A DNA stretch of 61,400 nucleotides, filler included, from Sphacelaria rigidula (GCA_964200075.2; 11 parts of 11 records of this genome joined end to end with filler, not necessarily neighbours in it); one strand, 5' to 3'. Shown: positions 12,631-26,540, counted from the whole stretch's first letter. The notes: generated by a model not told the origin, from the letters alone. Translations and numbers: made by a program.

Positions 12631-15600
12631 CAGCAATGATGGCTGGTTTGAGGAGGCAAAATCTACACGTGGAAACGAATATCACAAACAAAAAAAACGA
12701 GCACACACCGAGCAGCTGGGAACTTCCCTGCTTGGGATCATTTTCGCCAATGTCGCCCAGCTGAGAGGCTTCATCAAGTCTAAAACCAGCCATAATGCAC
12801 TGTATGGCCATTTTCTTCGTGACAGTTTTGGGGCTGGTTTGGGGGGGGAACTACAGCGGTATCATCACTCTTGGGCTGTGTATGTACGCCTTAAGTTTTC
12901 ACCATCGTTGCCCCTTTCACCAGCAGCGTATTGTGTTCTTGGAGTTTTAGCTACAAGTTTGACTCGAGAAAAAAAAAAAAAACAATGACAGGAGCGAATC
13001 GAGCACTTGAACGGCACCATCACACTAGTCGGGTTTGTTTGGCATTGTCTCGTTTCTCCTGGTGTTGACGCGGATCCTTCACTCGGAAGCTCAGTGAAAT
13101 AACTTCGTGTTGGACATCAAAAACGCTCATGACGGCCCTCGGCCGACCCATCTTCGAATCAAAATTCCAGGTTCTGCCTCTCAAACCTCGAACAACAGAT
13201 CCCCCCCAGTGACACCCTTCCCTCTTGCATCTTTCGCTGGAAAAAAGGTTCGTACGATATACATCAAGTGCGTATAGAGAGAGTAGCAGCCAAAACCGAC
13301 ACGAATACAGCCACCTGTTACCTTCTACCCGCTTGTCTTGTCAATGGCCTAGCCTACCTTCCATGCGTCATCGCCGTACTGCACGCAAGGGAAAACCGTT
13401 ACGACCAGGCTACTGACGACTTCCAACTCTCATCGTATAAGGCCGTACCTCACTCGTCAGACGCCCAAGTTACACTAGCATGATGATGCCGATTCAACAG
13501 ATTACGGATATGAATCTGGGCGACCGAACCGTTGGAACCAAAACAACGAGGTTGGCCCCCACAAACCACCAACCGCCCTCGCTGCCCCCGAAACCCTATC
13601 CGAAAGAGTATCATCCATTATGACAACGCCGCAATTTTCCTGCAGCATCATGACGTGAGACCAAGGTGCACGCTTCTTGGCGAAGAATTACATGACAGTC
13701 TTTTCTTACCCGGCCAAGAAAGGAGCGTCCATGTAGTGGGAACTTCAGGCATCGTCATAAAAATCAGTAGATCACACATCTCCGATATAGCCACTTCCAG
13801 GGGTGTACCCTCGTAATATGAAACATTAATCGAGGTTGAACCAGTCACCCTGCGCTTAAACCCCGCTATCTGCGCGTAACGGCGTGCGCAGCACGCCACA
13901 ACGTATGGCATGCAGATCGTTTGCGTAGTGTCCCTGTACAATTCCTTAATGCACGAGTGCGTACGTATGTAGCGCTGAAAAGTTCACGCAACCCGCCCGC
14001 GTGTTATTCAAGTGGTCAATTCTCAAGATGAATTTTACGAATCCATGGACTTTGGCATCGCAGGGCAATACAAGGCGAGAATCAAAGAAGCGATAATGAA
14101 GGAGTCAAGCTACCGCGGGGCCGCGCGATTCCTTCCGCCGTGGACGGCTAGACAACCTTCTAGCGAAACTCACGACAGCCGAGGGCAGTAACTGCGGTCC
14201 TACGTTGTCACATGAAATACAGCGAGGCGGAGTGTTGCGTGTCTAATTCAAAGACACAGACACACCACCGAAGTCGACTACTTAACTTACCTCATTGACT
14301 ACAGCGAAAAATAGATGAGTGCAAGGCTTGTGGAACGTGATAGACAGCAACAATCCACAGCTACAGCATCAGACGCTTGGTCAGCGGTGGGTCCTTCGAT
14401 TGCTCTCTCGGACGAGCTGTGGGCCACGTCGGCTACCCTCGTGGAGTCTCGACTTGCAGATTGCTTAGGTACAGTTGAGTAAACAAACAAAAACAAATGG
14501 AAACAACTCAACTGCCACCACTTTTTACTCTCACGCAGGCTCGAATCTTAGCACTTGACAGGGCGAGGTGATCGGCTGACTTCCTCATCCGCGGCCTTTT
14601 GAAAAAATCTTCATATCTTTATATTCCAAATTCAGGGCATTGACCACTATTCGTCTACAAACCGTATTTCCCAACTGCTACTCATCACGTCGCACGGACG
14701 TCTTTTACTTATACCCACCCCGCACAAATCGTTATTCGGAACGTAGTTCACACCACGAAAATCATTCCTTCCTCGCTCGCGCCTCGATCTTCATACTCGT
14801 ACAGGTACTATTTAATAGAGCGTGATCAAGCGAGTCTCGGAAGAGTATACATGAGTAAAATTAAGGCCCCAAAAACACTGCCGCTACACATTCTTGGGCC
14901 GTTGACCGTACACTCCAACTCCCTGCTAGACGCTTCCCCAAGATGCAGCACGGTGTGATTGGCGTTGAGAGCTGTAGAACTCAACTCGTATCGCCCTCCC
15001 CATCACCCGCGCCCTGCCCCTCAAATTTCGACGAGGAGAATGCACGCTTAGCTCCCTCTTCAACCCATTCGTACCAATTTACTATGCACACGACTACAAC
15101 ACAAGAAGGATCTAGTCATGCACCATTTTTCTAGCGGGTGCTCCCACTTGCTGAGTTTTTACTTGGGAACCATGGCTTTTTGAAATTATACTTCCATGCT
15201 GTCAAACATGCCATTATTTATACCCCCTTGTGTATAAATAAAATCGAAACGCTAGAACTTCAGGTCTTCTTATTTTCTATTTTTCATCACTGTTACACTG
15301 AAGAAAAAATTGACGAAAAGTAAGACGAACGGGGGGCTACGTAAACCACTAGCTCGGCCTCCAAATTTCTGTCCGGTGCCAGTTGTGTTCTCGATAATAG
15401 CGGCAACGAACGGCAAATCTCCAACTAAATAACACAGTACAATACAATTTCAAGCGTGTTTCGTGATAATAAAAAAAAGAGAGGAACGATTTGGCAACAA
15501 GAACCAAAAAAGCATCCCCACCTTTTGTTTCTTCTCCTCATGTTTTCGCGATCACAGATTCCACCAAAACAGGAAACGTATCAAAAATCATCACTAGTAA

Positions 15601-18600
15601 GACTCGGCTTAACTCGGTTGCTCTCCGAGCACGGCCAATAGCTCATGGTACCTTTCCAGATATTACGTGCACAGAGCTGCACGTAAAGCGCCACACGCGA
15701 TGGTGGAAGGCTGGACCGGTATCGAGAATACGCGCACCAGAGACTCTAGAACAACATACCGGACGTACACGGGATTCCACCCCACCATAGAACAACACAG
15801 CTTAGGGTGTGGATAGATGGCCCCTACAGTCACAGAACGCTTGAGGTGCAAAACACGTTTCTTCATCTTCACTGCACGGCACCCGGCATCCGGCACCCAG
15901 AAATATGTCATTTAATTCACTTTTACATAAGATCGCGGACCTACACGGCCCTTCATAGGGCAAGAAGCGGCACGAGTAACCAAGTGAACTTACATCGCCG
16001 CCCCATGGCCACCACACCCGGCTATATCAACCCCTCAACCCCATCCCGCCCCCACATCAACACCCCAAACGTCGTGTAACAAATCCTACCTCACCACTTT
16101 ACAATACGACACATTCCGCTCCAAGGAGAATTCGACGGGAACCCACCACAGAGAGTTTCACGGGATCCAACTCTTCACCACAACCCAACCCCCTCCGTCT
16201 CCGTCTCCTCCTCCTCTTCCTCCACTCTCTCAGTGTCCGTTTCCGACCCCACCGGCATTGGATGGTACAGTTGCCGACGCGTCTCCGAAGAGCTGATCCG
16301 GACTTTTTTGAGGAGGCGCCCATCCGTTGAGCTTCGAAGGCCCCAGTTCACCCTTCTCTCCACTGCCGTCGTCGCCCACGTGTTCATCGGGGCTCTCCCG
16401 GGGTGGAGGTGTCTCCGCCCTACCACCGGCGCCGCCCAGCTGAGAAGAAGGAAGGTCGGGTGTGTCCACCCGCAGATACCGCACGTTTCGCCCCGTGAGG
16501 TAGTCTGTCTTCTCGACCACCATCGTATCTAGTCTCAACCAAGCTTGTGGTGTGCGTACTCGAAAGCTCTGTTTTTTTCGTCATTTTGCGGAAGGGGGGG
16601 GGGGGGGGGAACTCTGGCCCTTCATGGCCTTGGCATTTGATTATTTAACTTCGCTCCCCTCCAAACCCGGGCGGNNNNNNNNNNNNNNNNNNNNNNNNNN
16701 NNNNNNNNNNNNNNNNNNTTAATTAATTAANNNNNNNNNNNNNNNNNNNNNNNNNNNNNNNNNNNNNNNNNNNNGGTCTTCCGTGCAAGACAGATATACC
16801 ACCTCAGCCCCATATTTTGTATGAACCCCAAAATATAAAATCGGCTGTTGACTGTAACCTGCCCCATTAACTCTTGCGATCACCCGTACCCTTCGCCGCT
16901 GCCCCCGATCAATCATTTTCGCAGGATCATGCAGAAGACGTGCAAGACGCATCTCTTCCAAGTGTCGACGGTCGGCGTGACATCAAATTGCGCAGAGTCA
17001 GCGATTTGTGTAGGCCACGTACTGTCCCTCCAGGAGGAGAGCACGGATGGGTTAGAGGTGGACCAGGAGCGGTGGTCTTGGAGTCAACCGAGACCCAGCG
17101 TCGGGCGTTCGTTGTACCGTTGATTGCTGTTCAGCACAGCATGACGTTTTGTTTATGGTTATCCAGTTCCAAGTGCTCCCGGTGATTTGCAGCCAATTTG
17201 CTGATGCGGTAGTATTTGTTTTCCCGTGTTGATGGCTGATCAGCCGTTCTTGATGGGTCCCTCGGAACGTGTTTCGAGTGCATTTTCGGAAATCCGATGC
17301 GGTTGGCGAGAGTCCCTAGCAAAATCGATTCGCTGCAGCTCATGGACGGGAGGCGCTCCATTGGCTTCGTGCAAGAGAGTTTTTTATGATCCGCTGCCAT
17401 CGAGGGTGAGATCATGGAACAGAATCCAGGGTCCCACCACGTTTTGCGACTTTTCTCGGCACGAAAAGGCGGGATATCGGCAATGATATCACACGCGATG
17501 ACTTGCGCTTTCAAAAACAACGACGGAAACTGCGGCGAAATTGTTGAACAGAAACGAGATTTCAAGATATCCACGAGCCCCAAGTCCACACGAATGGTGG
17601 CATCAACGGCATTTGCGAATGAATTCGGGCACAACCTGGCTGAATCGTATCTTTTACTCGAGTCGCACGACTCACACTACTTTGGAAACCTCTTGAACGG
17701 TGCATTTTTTCACAAATGCGCGCCTGTGGGCCAGCGCGCAACATTGTCCAACATTATTCTGCCATTCCATTCAGGCAACGGGTGGCAGGAATGTTCCAAC
17801 ATGCTACATATGTAAACTTTTCGTCTCATCATCGGAACCGGCGCAGCGGACATGTTATGAATAAAATCTCACTCTCGATCGTACTCTCAACGCTCGATTT
17901 CACGGAAACACCGTTAGTTTTGCCGGCAGGATTTTGCACCAATGTGTGAGGTAAGCGCTTTGTCCATTAATGACGCAGACACTCTCCGCCGCTGAAAGCC
18001 AGAAGAGCCTACTCAGCTTTCTCCGCCGCTGAAAGCCATCAGAGCCTACTCTCAATCGTATCGTAAATTCTCAATCTCACGAAAACATTGTTAATAGAGA
18101 AATGCGACTTCAGCCCCATTTTAGTGCTGAACCCCAAAATTTAAAATCGGCTGTTGTATTGTAGATGTAGCGCCATAAACGGTCGCCTTTCCACACAAGG
18201 ACTCAAGGAAGTCGGCCACCCCCCTTGAGCAATGAGAGGATACCCTACAGGGGAGCATGCGTGCGCTAGGGACTGTTCCGCGAAGAGGAGCCCGATGGAA
18301 GTGGTTCGTCTACGGTGTAGAGGTTAACGATGCATACGATTGGGTCACAGCGGCGACGAACATGGGCAAATGACATATTGGAGTCAAAAAATGAGCGGAA
18401 GAATTTGGGTTCAGCGCACAGTCTGTAGGTATTTTCAGCCTGAAAATACCTACAGACTGTGAAATATATGTTTTTCTCGTATTTTTGTCCAGAGGTCGCT
18501 CTCGAAATCTCTGACCCATACAAATCGGTAAAGTGGGCTAGGCTCCTCTCGGTGGGGTGATACAAAGTGTCCAAGACGTGTGGTGGCGATTTTTCCTGTT

Positions 18601-19005
18601 TGGGGGTCAAAAACCTTGTCAAATGTCCTAAAAGTGGAAAATACGAGCCAAACAAAATACGAACCGGAAAAAACGGCCTTGGCATGCAAATTTCTGATTT
18701 CAATCGTGGTTGCCATGTCGTTGTAGACAAAACTTTTCTTGCCGTAGGGGACTTCGCCATGCAGATTGTGTGCCAATATCGAACCTACAACGGCGGCGAG
18801 ACGCTCGAGGCACCGCCCCGCCCAGGTCTGTAGCCCGGTACCGATGTGTGTGCAGGGCCAAGGGTACTATGTCTGACACCGATGGCTCAGAGATACAACA
18901 GATTGCCTTCGCCGCATTCACCCTCTCGGTCAACGTTGGCCCACAGGAACAGTGTAGCAACGTTCACACCACACGATGTAGTTCACACGTCAACATACAC
19001 GACTA

Positions 19006-19194
<189 letters not shown>

Positions 19195-19449
19195 TCAACG
19201 TCGGACCTACAATGGCGGCGAGACTCTCGCGCCACCACCCAGCCCAGGTCTGTAGCCCGCAACCGATGTGTGTGCAGGGCCAAGGGTACTGTGCCCGATA
19301 TCGACGACTCAGATACAACGGGTTGGCTTTGCCACACTCACCCACTCAGTCAACGTTGGCCCACAAGACCAGCGTAGCAACGTCCACACCACCCGATGTA
19401 GTTCACACGTCAGCGCACATGATCATGATAAAACTGCCTCGGCTTTCAC

Positions 19450-19575
19450 CTGAGCTTGAAATAACTCCGCAAGGCTGCAGAGCGTTAAGGCCAAAGTAGG
19501 GTGCTCCGGGCCAAGAGCCTTTTCCCTGATCGCCTGGTATCGCTTGAGCAGTATCTCGGCCTCGGTATACTTGCC
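19450..19575 (-). CDS. TPR-repeat exon GKYTEAEILLKRYQAIREKALGPEHPTLALTLCSLAELFQAQ
   Basis: AG/GT boundaries, 126 nt, open frame. Confidence 0.9.
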
Positions 19576-19870
19576 CTGCAGTGCAGTACACGACGTGGAA
19601 ACATCACATAACAGTCAACGTCGGACCTACAGCGGCGACGAGACGCTCGGGGCGCGGCCCCGCCCAGGTCTGTAGCCCGCAACCGATGTGTGTGCAGGAC
19701 CAAGGGTACTATATCCGACACCGATGGCTCAGAGATACAACGGGTTGGCTTCGCCACATTCACCCTCTCAGTCAACGTTGGCTCATAGGACCAGCGTAGC
19801 AACGCCACACCACACGATGTCGTTCACACGTCAACGCACATGATCATGATGAGATTGCCTCGGCTTTCAC

Positions 19871-19996
19871 CTGAGTTCGGAATAACACCGCAAGATTGCA
19901 GAGCGTTAAGGCCAAAGTAGGGTGCTCCGGACCAAGAAACTTCTCCTGTATCACCTGGCACCGCTTGAGCAGTATCTCGGCCTCGGTATACTTGCC
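19871..19996 (-). CDS. TPR-repeat exon GKYTEAEILLKRCQVIQEKFLGPEHPTLALTLCNLAVLFRTQ
   Basis: AG/GT boundaries, 126 nt; lies within ORF 19844-20032. Confidence 0.9.
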
Positions 19997-20158
19997 CTGC
20001 AATGTAGTGCACAACGCAGTAGCATCACACAACAGTCAACGTTGGACCTACAACGGCGGAGACGCTCGCGCCACTGCCCCGCCGACGTCTGTAGCCTGCG
20101 ACCGATATGTATGCAGGGCCAAGGGTACAATGCCCGATATCGACGGCTCAGAGGTACA

Positions 20159-20415
20159 GAGCAATACTACGAATATGGTAGGGGTGCACTTTTTGCGCAA
20201 CATCTTGTTTGGTTCAGGGGCTCCCAATAATTTTAGATGCTCAAGAATATGGGATCCCCATTTGCAAGATCATTCGGGATATATCCCTAGCACACTGGAA
20301 CAGTAATGCTGACGTACTTTCATATATTTCCTAAGTCGGGTTTTGGATAAGATCAAGGGCTCCTAACAATTCTAACCTCGGGAAATATTTGTGCACCCCT
20401 ACCATAGCATCACTC
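20159..20415. mobile_element. MITE with GAG...CTC termini and 4-bp TSD (TACA), inserted in a TPR-array intron
   Basis: TIRs gagcaatacta...tggtaggggtgcac / gtgcacccctaccatagcatcactc. The empty site (tacaacgggttggct) is visible in sister introns. Confidence 0.85.
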
Positions 20416-20551
20416 TACAACGGGTTGGCTTCGCCCCACTCACCCTCTCAGTCAACCTTGGCTCACAGGATCAGCGTAGCCATATAAACTCCACACGATG
20501 TCGTTCACACGTCAACATATACGACTACGATAACGTTGCCTCGGCTCTCAC

Positions 20552-20677
20552 CTGTATTTGCAACGACCTCGCACGGTGGCTGAGCGTTGAGGCCAAATCA
20601 GGGTGCTCCGGGCCAAGAAGCTTCTCCTGCATCGCATAGCACCGCTCGAGCAGTGGCTCGGCCTCGGTATACTTCCC
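20552..20677 (-). CDS. TPR-repeat exon GKYTEAEPLLERCYAMQEKLLGPEHPDLASTLSHRARSLQIQ
   Basis: AG/GT boundaries, 126 nt; within ORF 20525-20713. Confidence 0.9.
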
Positions 20678-20946
20678 CTGCAATGTAGCACATGACGCAT
20701 AAGTACCACGCAACAGTCAACGTCGGACCCATAACGGTGGCAAGACGCTCGCGCCACCACCTCGTCCAGGTCTGCAGGGCGAAGGGTACTATGCCCGATA
20801 CCGACAGAGGTACAACCGGTTGAGTTCGCCGCACTCATCCTCCCAGTCAACGTCGGCCCGCAGGACGAGCGCAAGAACACCCACACCACACGATGTCGTT
20901 CACACGTCAACATACACGACTACGAGAAAGTTGCCTCGGCTCTCAC

Positions 20947-21072
20947 CTGAGCTTGCAACAATGACGCACGGCTGCCGAGCGTCATGGCCAAATCAGGGTG
21001 CTCCGGGCCAAGGCACTTCTCCTGCATTGCCTGGCATTGCTCGAAGAGGCTCTCGGCCTCGGTATACTTGCG
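20947..21072 (-). CDS. TPR-repeat exon RKYTEAESLFEQCQAMQEKCLGPEHPDLAMTLGSRASLLQAQ
   Basis: AG/GT boundaries, 126 nt; within ORF 20920-21108. Confidence 0.9.
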
Positions 21073-21369
21073 CTGCAATGTAGTACATGGCGCAGAAGCA
21101 CCACGCAACAGTCAAAGTCTAACCCACCACGGCGGCGAGACGCTCGCGCCACTGCCCCGCGCAGGTCTGCAGGCCGCGACCGGTGTGTGTGCAGGGTCGA
21201 GGGTACTATACCCGATATCGACCGCTCAGAGGTACCACGGGTTGGCTTCGCCGCACTCATCCCTCTCAGTCAACGTTGACCCACAGGACAAGCGGAATAA
21301 CACCCACACCACACGATGCCGTTCACACGTCAACGCACACGACTACGAGGAACTTGCCTCGGCTCTCAC

Positions 21370-21495
21370 CTGAGCGTGCAACAACACAGCGAGGTTGTTG
21401 AGCGTTGAGGCCAAAACAGGGTGTTCCGGCCCAAGATCCTTCGCCTGCATCGCCTGGCACCGCCTGAGAAGTAGCTCGGCCTCAGAAATCTTGCC
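21370..21495 (-). CDS. TPR-repeat exon GKISEAELLLRRCQAMQAKDLGPEHPVLASTLNNLAVLLHAQ
   Basis: AG/GT boundaries, 126 nt, canonical TLNNLA motif; translated by hand. Confidence 0.9.
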
Positions 21496-21786
21496 CTGCA
21501 ATGTAGGGCACGATGCAGAAGCACCACAAAACGGTCAACATCGGACCGTCAGCGGCGGTGAGACGCTCACGCCACTGCCTGCCCTGGTCTGCAGCCGGCA
21601 GCCGTGCAAGAGCCACAAGGGTACTATGCCCGATGTCGACGTCTCAGAGGTACAATGAGTTGGCTTCACCGCACTCAACCTCTCGGTCAGCGTTGATCCA
21701 CAGGACCAGCACAACAAGATCCACAACACACGATGTCGTTCATAAGTCAACACACACGACTACGACAAAGTTGCCTCGGCTCTCAC

Positions 21787-21912
21787 CTGGTTTTGCAACA
21801 ACAGGGCACGGACGCTGAGCGTTATGGCCAAATCAGGGTGTTCCGGGCCAAGAACCTTTTCCCTGATCGCCTGGCATCGCTCGTAAAATCGCTCTGCCTC
21901 GGTACACTTGCC
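21787..21912 (-). CDS. TPR-repeat exon [42 protein letters not shown] (first of the array in transcript order)
   Basis: cacag|GGC acceptor, CAG|gtgaga donor, 126 nt. Its upstream intron differs from the repeated intron. Confidence 0.88.
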
Positions 21913-21984
21913 CTGTGATTTAGTTAACAGCGGGAGATAGTTGTCTCCAGTGCAAGTTCGATTCGAATTGTGGTGAAAACAACT

Positions 21985-22100
21985 CGGAGATTACCGCGCA
22001 AGTTGGTTGATCCGCACGGCAAAACAAGGATGCTGCGGGCCAAGGGGCTCGTCTTTAACGTAACTCCCGTTCGCTATTTTCGGTAGAGGTGTCGGTTTAC
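21985..22100 (-). pseudogene. Decayed TPR repeat remnant (EPLGPQHPCFAVRINQLAR*)
   Basis: Minus strand reads gag ccc ctt ggc ccg cag cat cct tgt ttt gcc gtg cgg atc aac caa ctt gcg cgg taa, aligning with LGPEHPxLAxxLNNLA. No intact donor. Confidence 0.55.
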
Positions 22101-22743
22101 ACTAGGAGTCAATCGGATACAAAGAAGTAAGTTTGGCAGAAATTCACAAACATGTGGAGATCGCCATTTGGGCATGTGCGGAGAGATTTCCTTTTATGAC
22201 GTGTAACCTAGTGAACGGCTGTTACAGGGGTAAGTTCGCAGGAGCCCCGAAACTTCCATATCTGTNNNNNNNNNNNNNNNNNNNNNNNNNNNNNNNNNNN
22301 NNNNNNNNNTTAATTAATTAANNNNNNNNNNNNNNNNNNNNNNNNNNNNNNNNNNNNNNNNNNNNCTATGGCATGCATGATCATGAGTACACCCCCCCCT
22401 CCCCCCACCCCGCCGCCCTCTCGTACATGTAGCGGTTTTTGTGTAATGTATGGAAGAAACGTAACACCTAAATGTTGGAGGTGTCTCTATGACGAGTAGG
22501 AACGGTGCTTCGTCTCGAAAGGGATGCGTGGTCATCGATCAAACGACTAAGGCAAGCAACAAGTAAGCACGCCTTCCCCCCCACCCCTCCTGCTCCTATC
22601 ATTGGATGATGACTACACGCCCTTTTCGTTTTTTTCACGACAGCGTTCGTTCGGTTGTGCGAACGATGACTAGTTTTCCGTTGCTGCTGTTATTGTTTGT
22701 TTGTTGTCGCCGGCGGCGGCAATGGTGTTGGTATTGTCCGCAG

Positions 22744-22850
22744 GTAATCAAGGGACTGAGGAAGCACACGAAAGCGATATTGGATGCACACTTGATGGTG
22801 TCCAAGCCGGCGCAGTGGGTCGACGACATGGCGGCAGCCGGGGTCGACAG
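22744..22850 (+). CDS. RPE: Internal exon of ribulose-phosphate 3-epimerase
   Basis: cag|VIKGLRKHTKAILDAHLMVSKPAQWVDDMAAAGVD(ag)|gt, containing the DxHLMV metal-binding motif of RPE. Confidence 0.88.
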
Positions 22851-23999
22851 GTCTGACAAGCACGCAATAAAAAAATAATGAAATACAAAAATAAAATAAA
22901 TAAATACAATAATGTATAATATAATTAATTAAGGAACTCATTCAATTTGAGGATGGATAGTTGGATGGTTGAGGGTGGATGTTTGATTTGATTTTTTGAG
23001 GATGGTTGATTTGATTTTTTGTTAAGGGAAAGACAATACCTTTAATTAAATATAAATAGATTAATTAATCAATTAATTAAAAAGTTGTTGGAGGATGGTT
23101 GATGGGTGTATGGATGGTTGGGTTGTTGGTTGGATTTTATTTTTTGGACAAGAGAAAGACAATAAATGGTCACCATATATATTTTTCTCAAATTTCCTTT
23201 CATCATATTTGGGTCAATCATCTGAACTCTGCCCACCCTTCTTTGGAAGGACTCTTAACTCTAGCTTCCAGGGATTAGCCCATCTCTCTTCATGAGAACC
23301 TGCCTTGCGCCTCAGGGATTCAGCTTTGTTTGGGCCAGCACTTTTTCAGCACGCCTTGCGTCGTTTTTTTTGTTACCGGAAAAAGTGACGCCATATATAC
23401 ATGTCTCTTTGTATCCGAATCTAAAACATCGCCTACCGCCCTGCCCTCCCCAGTGGTCTCCTATGAGAAAAAGATAAAAATACGCTCTGAATCCAAGAAG
23501 AGATATTGAACGGTCGGCCAACTCAAACGGTAAGTAGCACAGTCAGTGATTACTTTACTTCGTTCAAGTGGCTTGAGTTTTCAAAGTGGTTGAGTTATTA
23601 TTTTAATTCGATCGCTGATCTATTTGTCAAACACAGAATACATCTGTTGGATTGCAGTCAGTGCTGTTTATTTCATCCGCGTGCCTCCCCCCCCCCCCCC
23701 CCTTTTTGTTATTATTTAGGATAACTATTACTTTATTTTTTTCTGTGAACCTCCCCCCCCCTTCCGCGCCAGAAGCTGCAGCAGATGAAATATTGTTTAA
23801 AGTTTGCAGAACGGATATCCTAGATATACTATAGGATATGATGTCTATGTATTGCACACACACAAACACACACTGGATCATGACAATATATTCTATTGTA
23901 AAAAAATGTACTGCGTTCAGTATGTAATATTTTGTCTGTTGCAATACTGTAGGCGCAACAGTCGATACTGTACGCAGTACATTTTTTTTCTGTGTATTC

Positions 24000-24225
24000 T
24001 ATTGCCCGGGGTGTACAAAATTCGACTTAATGGTCGACGAGGGAAAGGGGCTGCTGAACCCCTCTCGCGATAAAACAAAAAGGCAAGCACCGCAAAAGGA
24101 AGGTGGAGTACTAAAACAAATAAAAAAAAGGCCCTGTGTTGACCTTCCTCCTGTGTGACCCCGGCTGATGCGCCCACATATACCGAAGGGTGTAGACTGG
24201 CGCATAAATGGGACGGCAACACAAT
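24000..24225 (+). mobile_element. 5'-truncated copy of the tRNA-derived SINE
   Basis: Shares the body gtcgacgagggaaaggg.ctgctgaacccctctcgcgataaaa...gaccccggctgatgcgcccacatataccgaa with 6574-6920. Confidence 0.7.
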
Positions 24226-25447
24226 GAAATGGGATGTGAAATGTAGCGGGTGTGCCAAGTGATCATGCCAAGTGATTTTATTTTGTTCGGCCAGGCGAGG
24301 ACTGAGATTCCGCGGCGGAAAATTGTAAAAATATATGTATCACCGAAACTAAATGAATCTTACCACAAAGTCAACCCCAACATGTGTATCGGGAACTTAA
24401 AAACCTCCGAATTTGAACGACAGTCGGGCACGCTGCCGTTGGACTGGGATGTTGAATCGTCCCGGAAAAGTGTAGAAGCTTTGAACTTCCTGTAGTTTGT
24501 AGGCGTGTCGTAGACAGCTCGAATACAAACCAGATGCCGACCGCCACGGAACGGTCAGACTCGAGCTAGATTCACAAACGTGATAGCCGCGGTGGGGGTG
24601 CAATTTTCAGGCCAAAAGTTGTCTGAGGATACACATTTTGGCCCAGATGTTTCTCATTGACGGGCTCCCAAAGTGAAGGGCCTAAAAAAAACAATTGTGT
24701 CCCCCCACGATGTCATCACTCACAAGCCTTTTCGAGCGGGGGCGGCTCGGTGAGACGAACATCATCACTAGCACGTGTTGTGTTCCTGACACCATTTAAC
24801 GATGAGCATATAGTCGCCGCGCCCTCGAGGTCTAAGTGGTATGTGTTGAAATCTGGCAAGGAAGAGTTGAGGAATTGAATTCAAGCGGATACAAGACAAC
24901 CACGAGTTGGGCCGGCCAACAGTCTCTGTTCGCGGTTGGCAAGTGATTTACCGCTTAATTTTAGGAGCTTGGGTGTGAAATTGTGACACGATTTCTTTAT
25001 TATCGATAGGCGGAACATATTCGAAGCAGCAGAGAGGGAGAAAAAAAAAACAGAAAGTTAGAGCGATCTGAAATTTCAGTAAAAAAGAAATAATGTCATG
25101 ACTTTATGAAAAACGAAAAAATAACTGTTGCTGCTTCGAGCACGAATTGTCAACTTGCGCGCAGAAGATCCTCGTAAAATCTCGGCTCAAAACTCCTAAA
25201 ATTGGGCGGGGTATTCCACTTTTTGTGTCACACCGCTGCGCCCCGGTATTCTGAGTGATACAGAAGAGTCCAGTTATAGAGATCACGACTTCGAATCCGG
25301 GCAAATCCTCTCCTTATTCGAAGAACCTGGTTCCGTCGTTGAGGTTATATATTACGGAGTATATTCCTTCATTTTTTTTCTCCTAGGGGCAGAGTGTGCA
25401 TCACCGGGTTTGTATGCAGCTCATTGCGATAGAGTTTACACACATCG

Positions 25448-25592
25448 GAGCAATGCCACGGTAGGGGTGCACTTTTTGGGCCAAACGTGTCTGAGGCTGC
25501 ACGCTAAGGCCCAGATATTTGTCATCCGAGGGACTTCTACAGCGAAGAGCCTCAGAAAAAATAAAAAAGGCACCCCGACCGTAGCATTGCTC
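25448..25592. mobile_element. 145-bp MITE with GAG...CTC termini and 4-bp TSD (ATCG)
   Basis: TIRs gagcaatgccacggtaggggtgc / gcaccccgaccgtagcattgctc; atcg flanks both sides. Confidence 0.85.
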
Positions 25593-26349
25593 ATCGGGCT
25601 GATTCGAGAAGCTGAAATGTTTTAGTATGCCCGCGATATGCGCGTCTTTTACGGCTGGCCCAGCTCGCATTCGTTTATTTCTCGGAAGTATCTGATTTCA
25701 GTTGTTGAAAGTGTGGGAGCGTGAATAGGGAGCGTCGGTGCTGCGTAAATACGGTCTGAGGCGCAACCACTAGTCGACTTCGATGAAGACTTCTGATATC
25801 TTCTTGATTGCTGCCAAGATCGTGTCTTGAGGGGGCGGAGAACAAGAAGCTTCTTCCAAAGAGAAGCTTCCAAAGAAAAGCTTCCGAAAGAAGCATGATG
25901 AGTTATCTCCGCGATACCGCGATACGACTCCCCCTCATATTTTGCAGTCCTCATGTTCTCAATCCAACGGTGCACCAAGCCCGAAATTCATCTGACCCTC
26001 GTACCCACCGGTCCGAGAAACTACCCTACAAGTTCTACGCTATTTATTTCTCTAGCGGCCACGCCATCGCCCTCTTGGCTCCTCGCTCCTCCCTCGTGCG
26101 ACGTCTGACTCGCTGTCAGGTGATGTCACATGCGGTCGTTGTTTCACCGAATCAATGACCGCGATCCTTGATATAATCGGCGGACGTCAACAATCAACAT
26201 CGGCGGCAATCCGCCGATCATCCCAAACATTCTTGGCGCGAGAACAAAAATCAGGGCGTCGGCACGTCGTCGCGTCGATCATCTTCTCTACGCTAGTAAA
26301 AATCTTGAGCAAGCAACACGTGATTTTACAAATTGGGGGTGGATCTTTC

Positions 26350-26540
26350 ATTGGGGAGAACCCGGAGGATCTTCGTATTCACACCAAATCTTCGACATAC
26401 CGTTCCATTTCTTCACTTGCTGGTAGCTATTGACAACTACTACACGCCATGCAAATTTGGATTTCGATAACCGAAATGTTGGGGTCCCACATGAAAAACC
26501 ATTTTTGGGGTCCGATCGGATCACCAAAATTCCCCTTGCT
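26350..26540 (+). repeat. Dispersed repeat shared with ~280-475
   Basis: gagaacccggaggat...ctggtagctattgacaact...cgataaccgaaatgttgg...tccgatcg occurs on both contigs. Confidence 0.7.

Noticed and set aside
16175..16538. Possible minus-strand exon (Gly/Pro/Glu-rich)
   Set aside because: No family recognised and exon boundaries are unclear.
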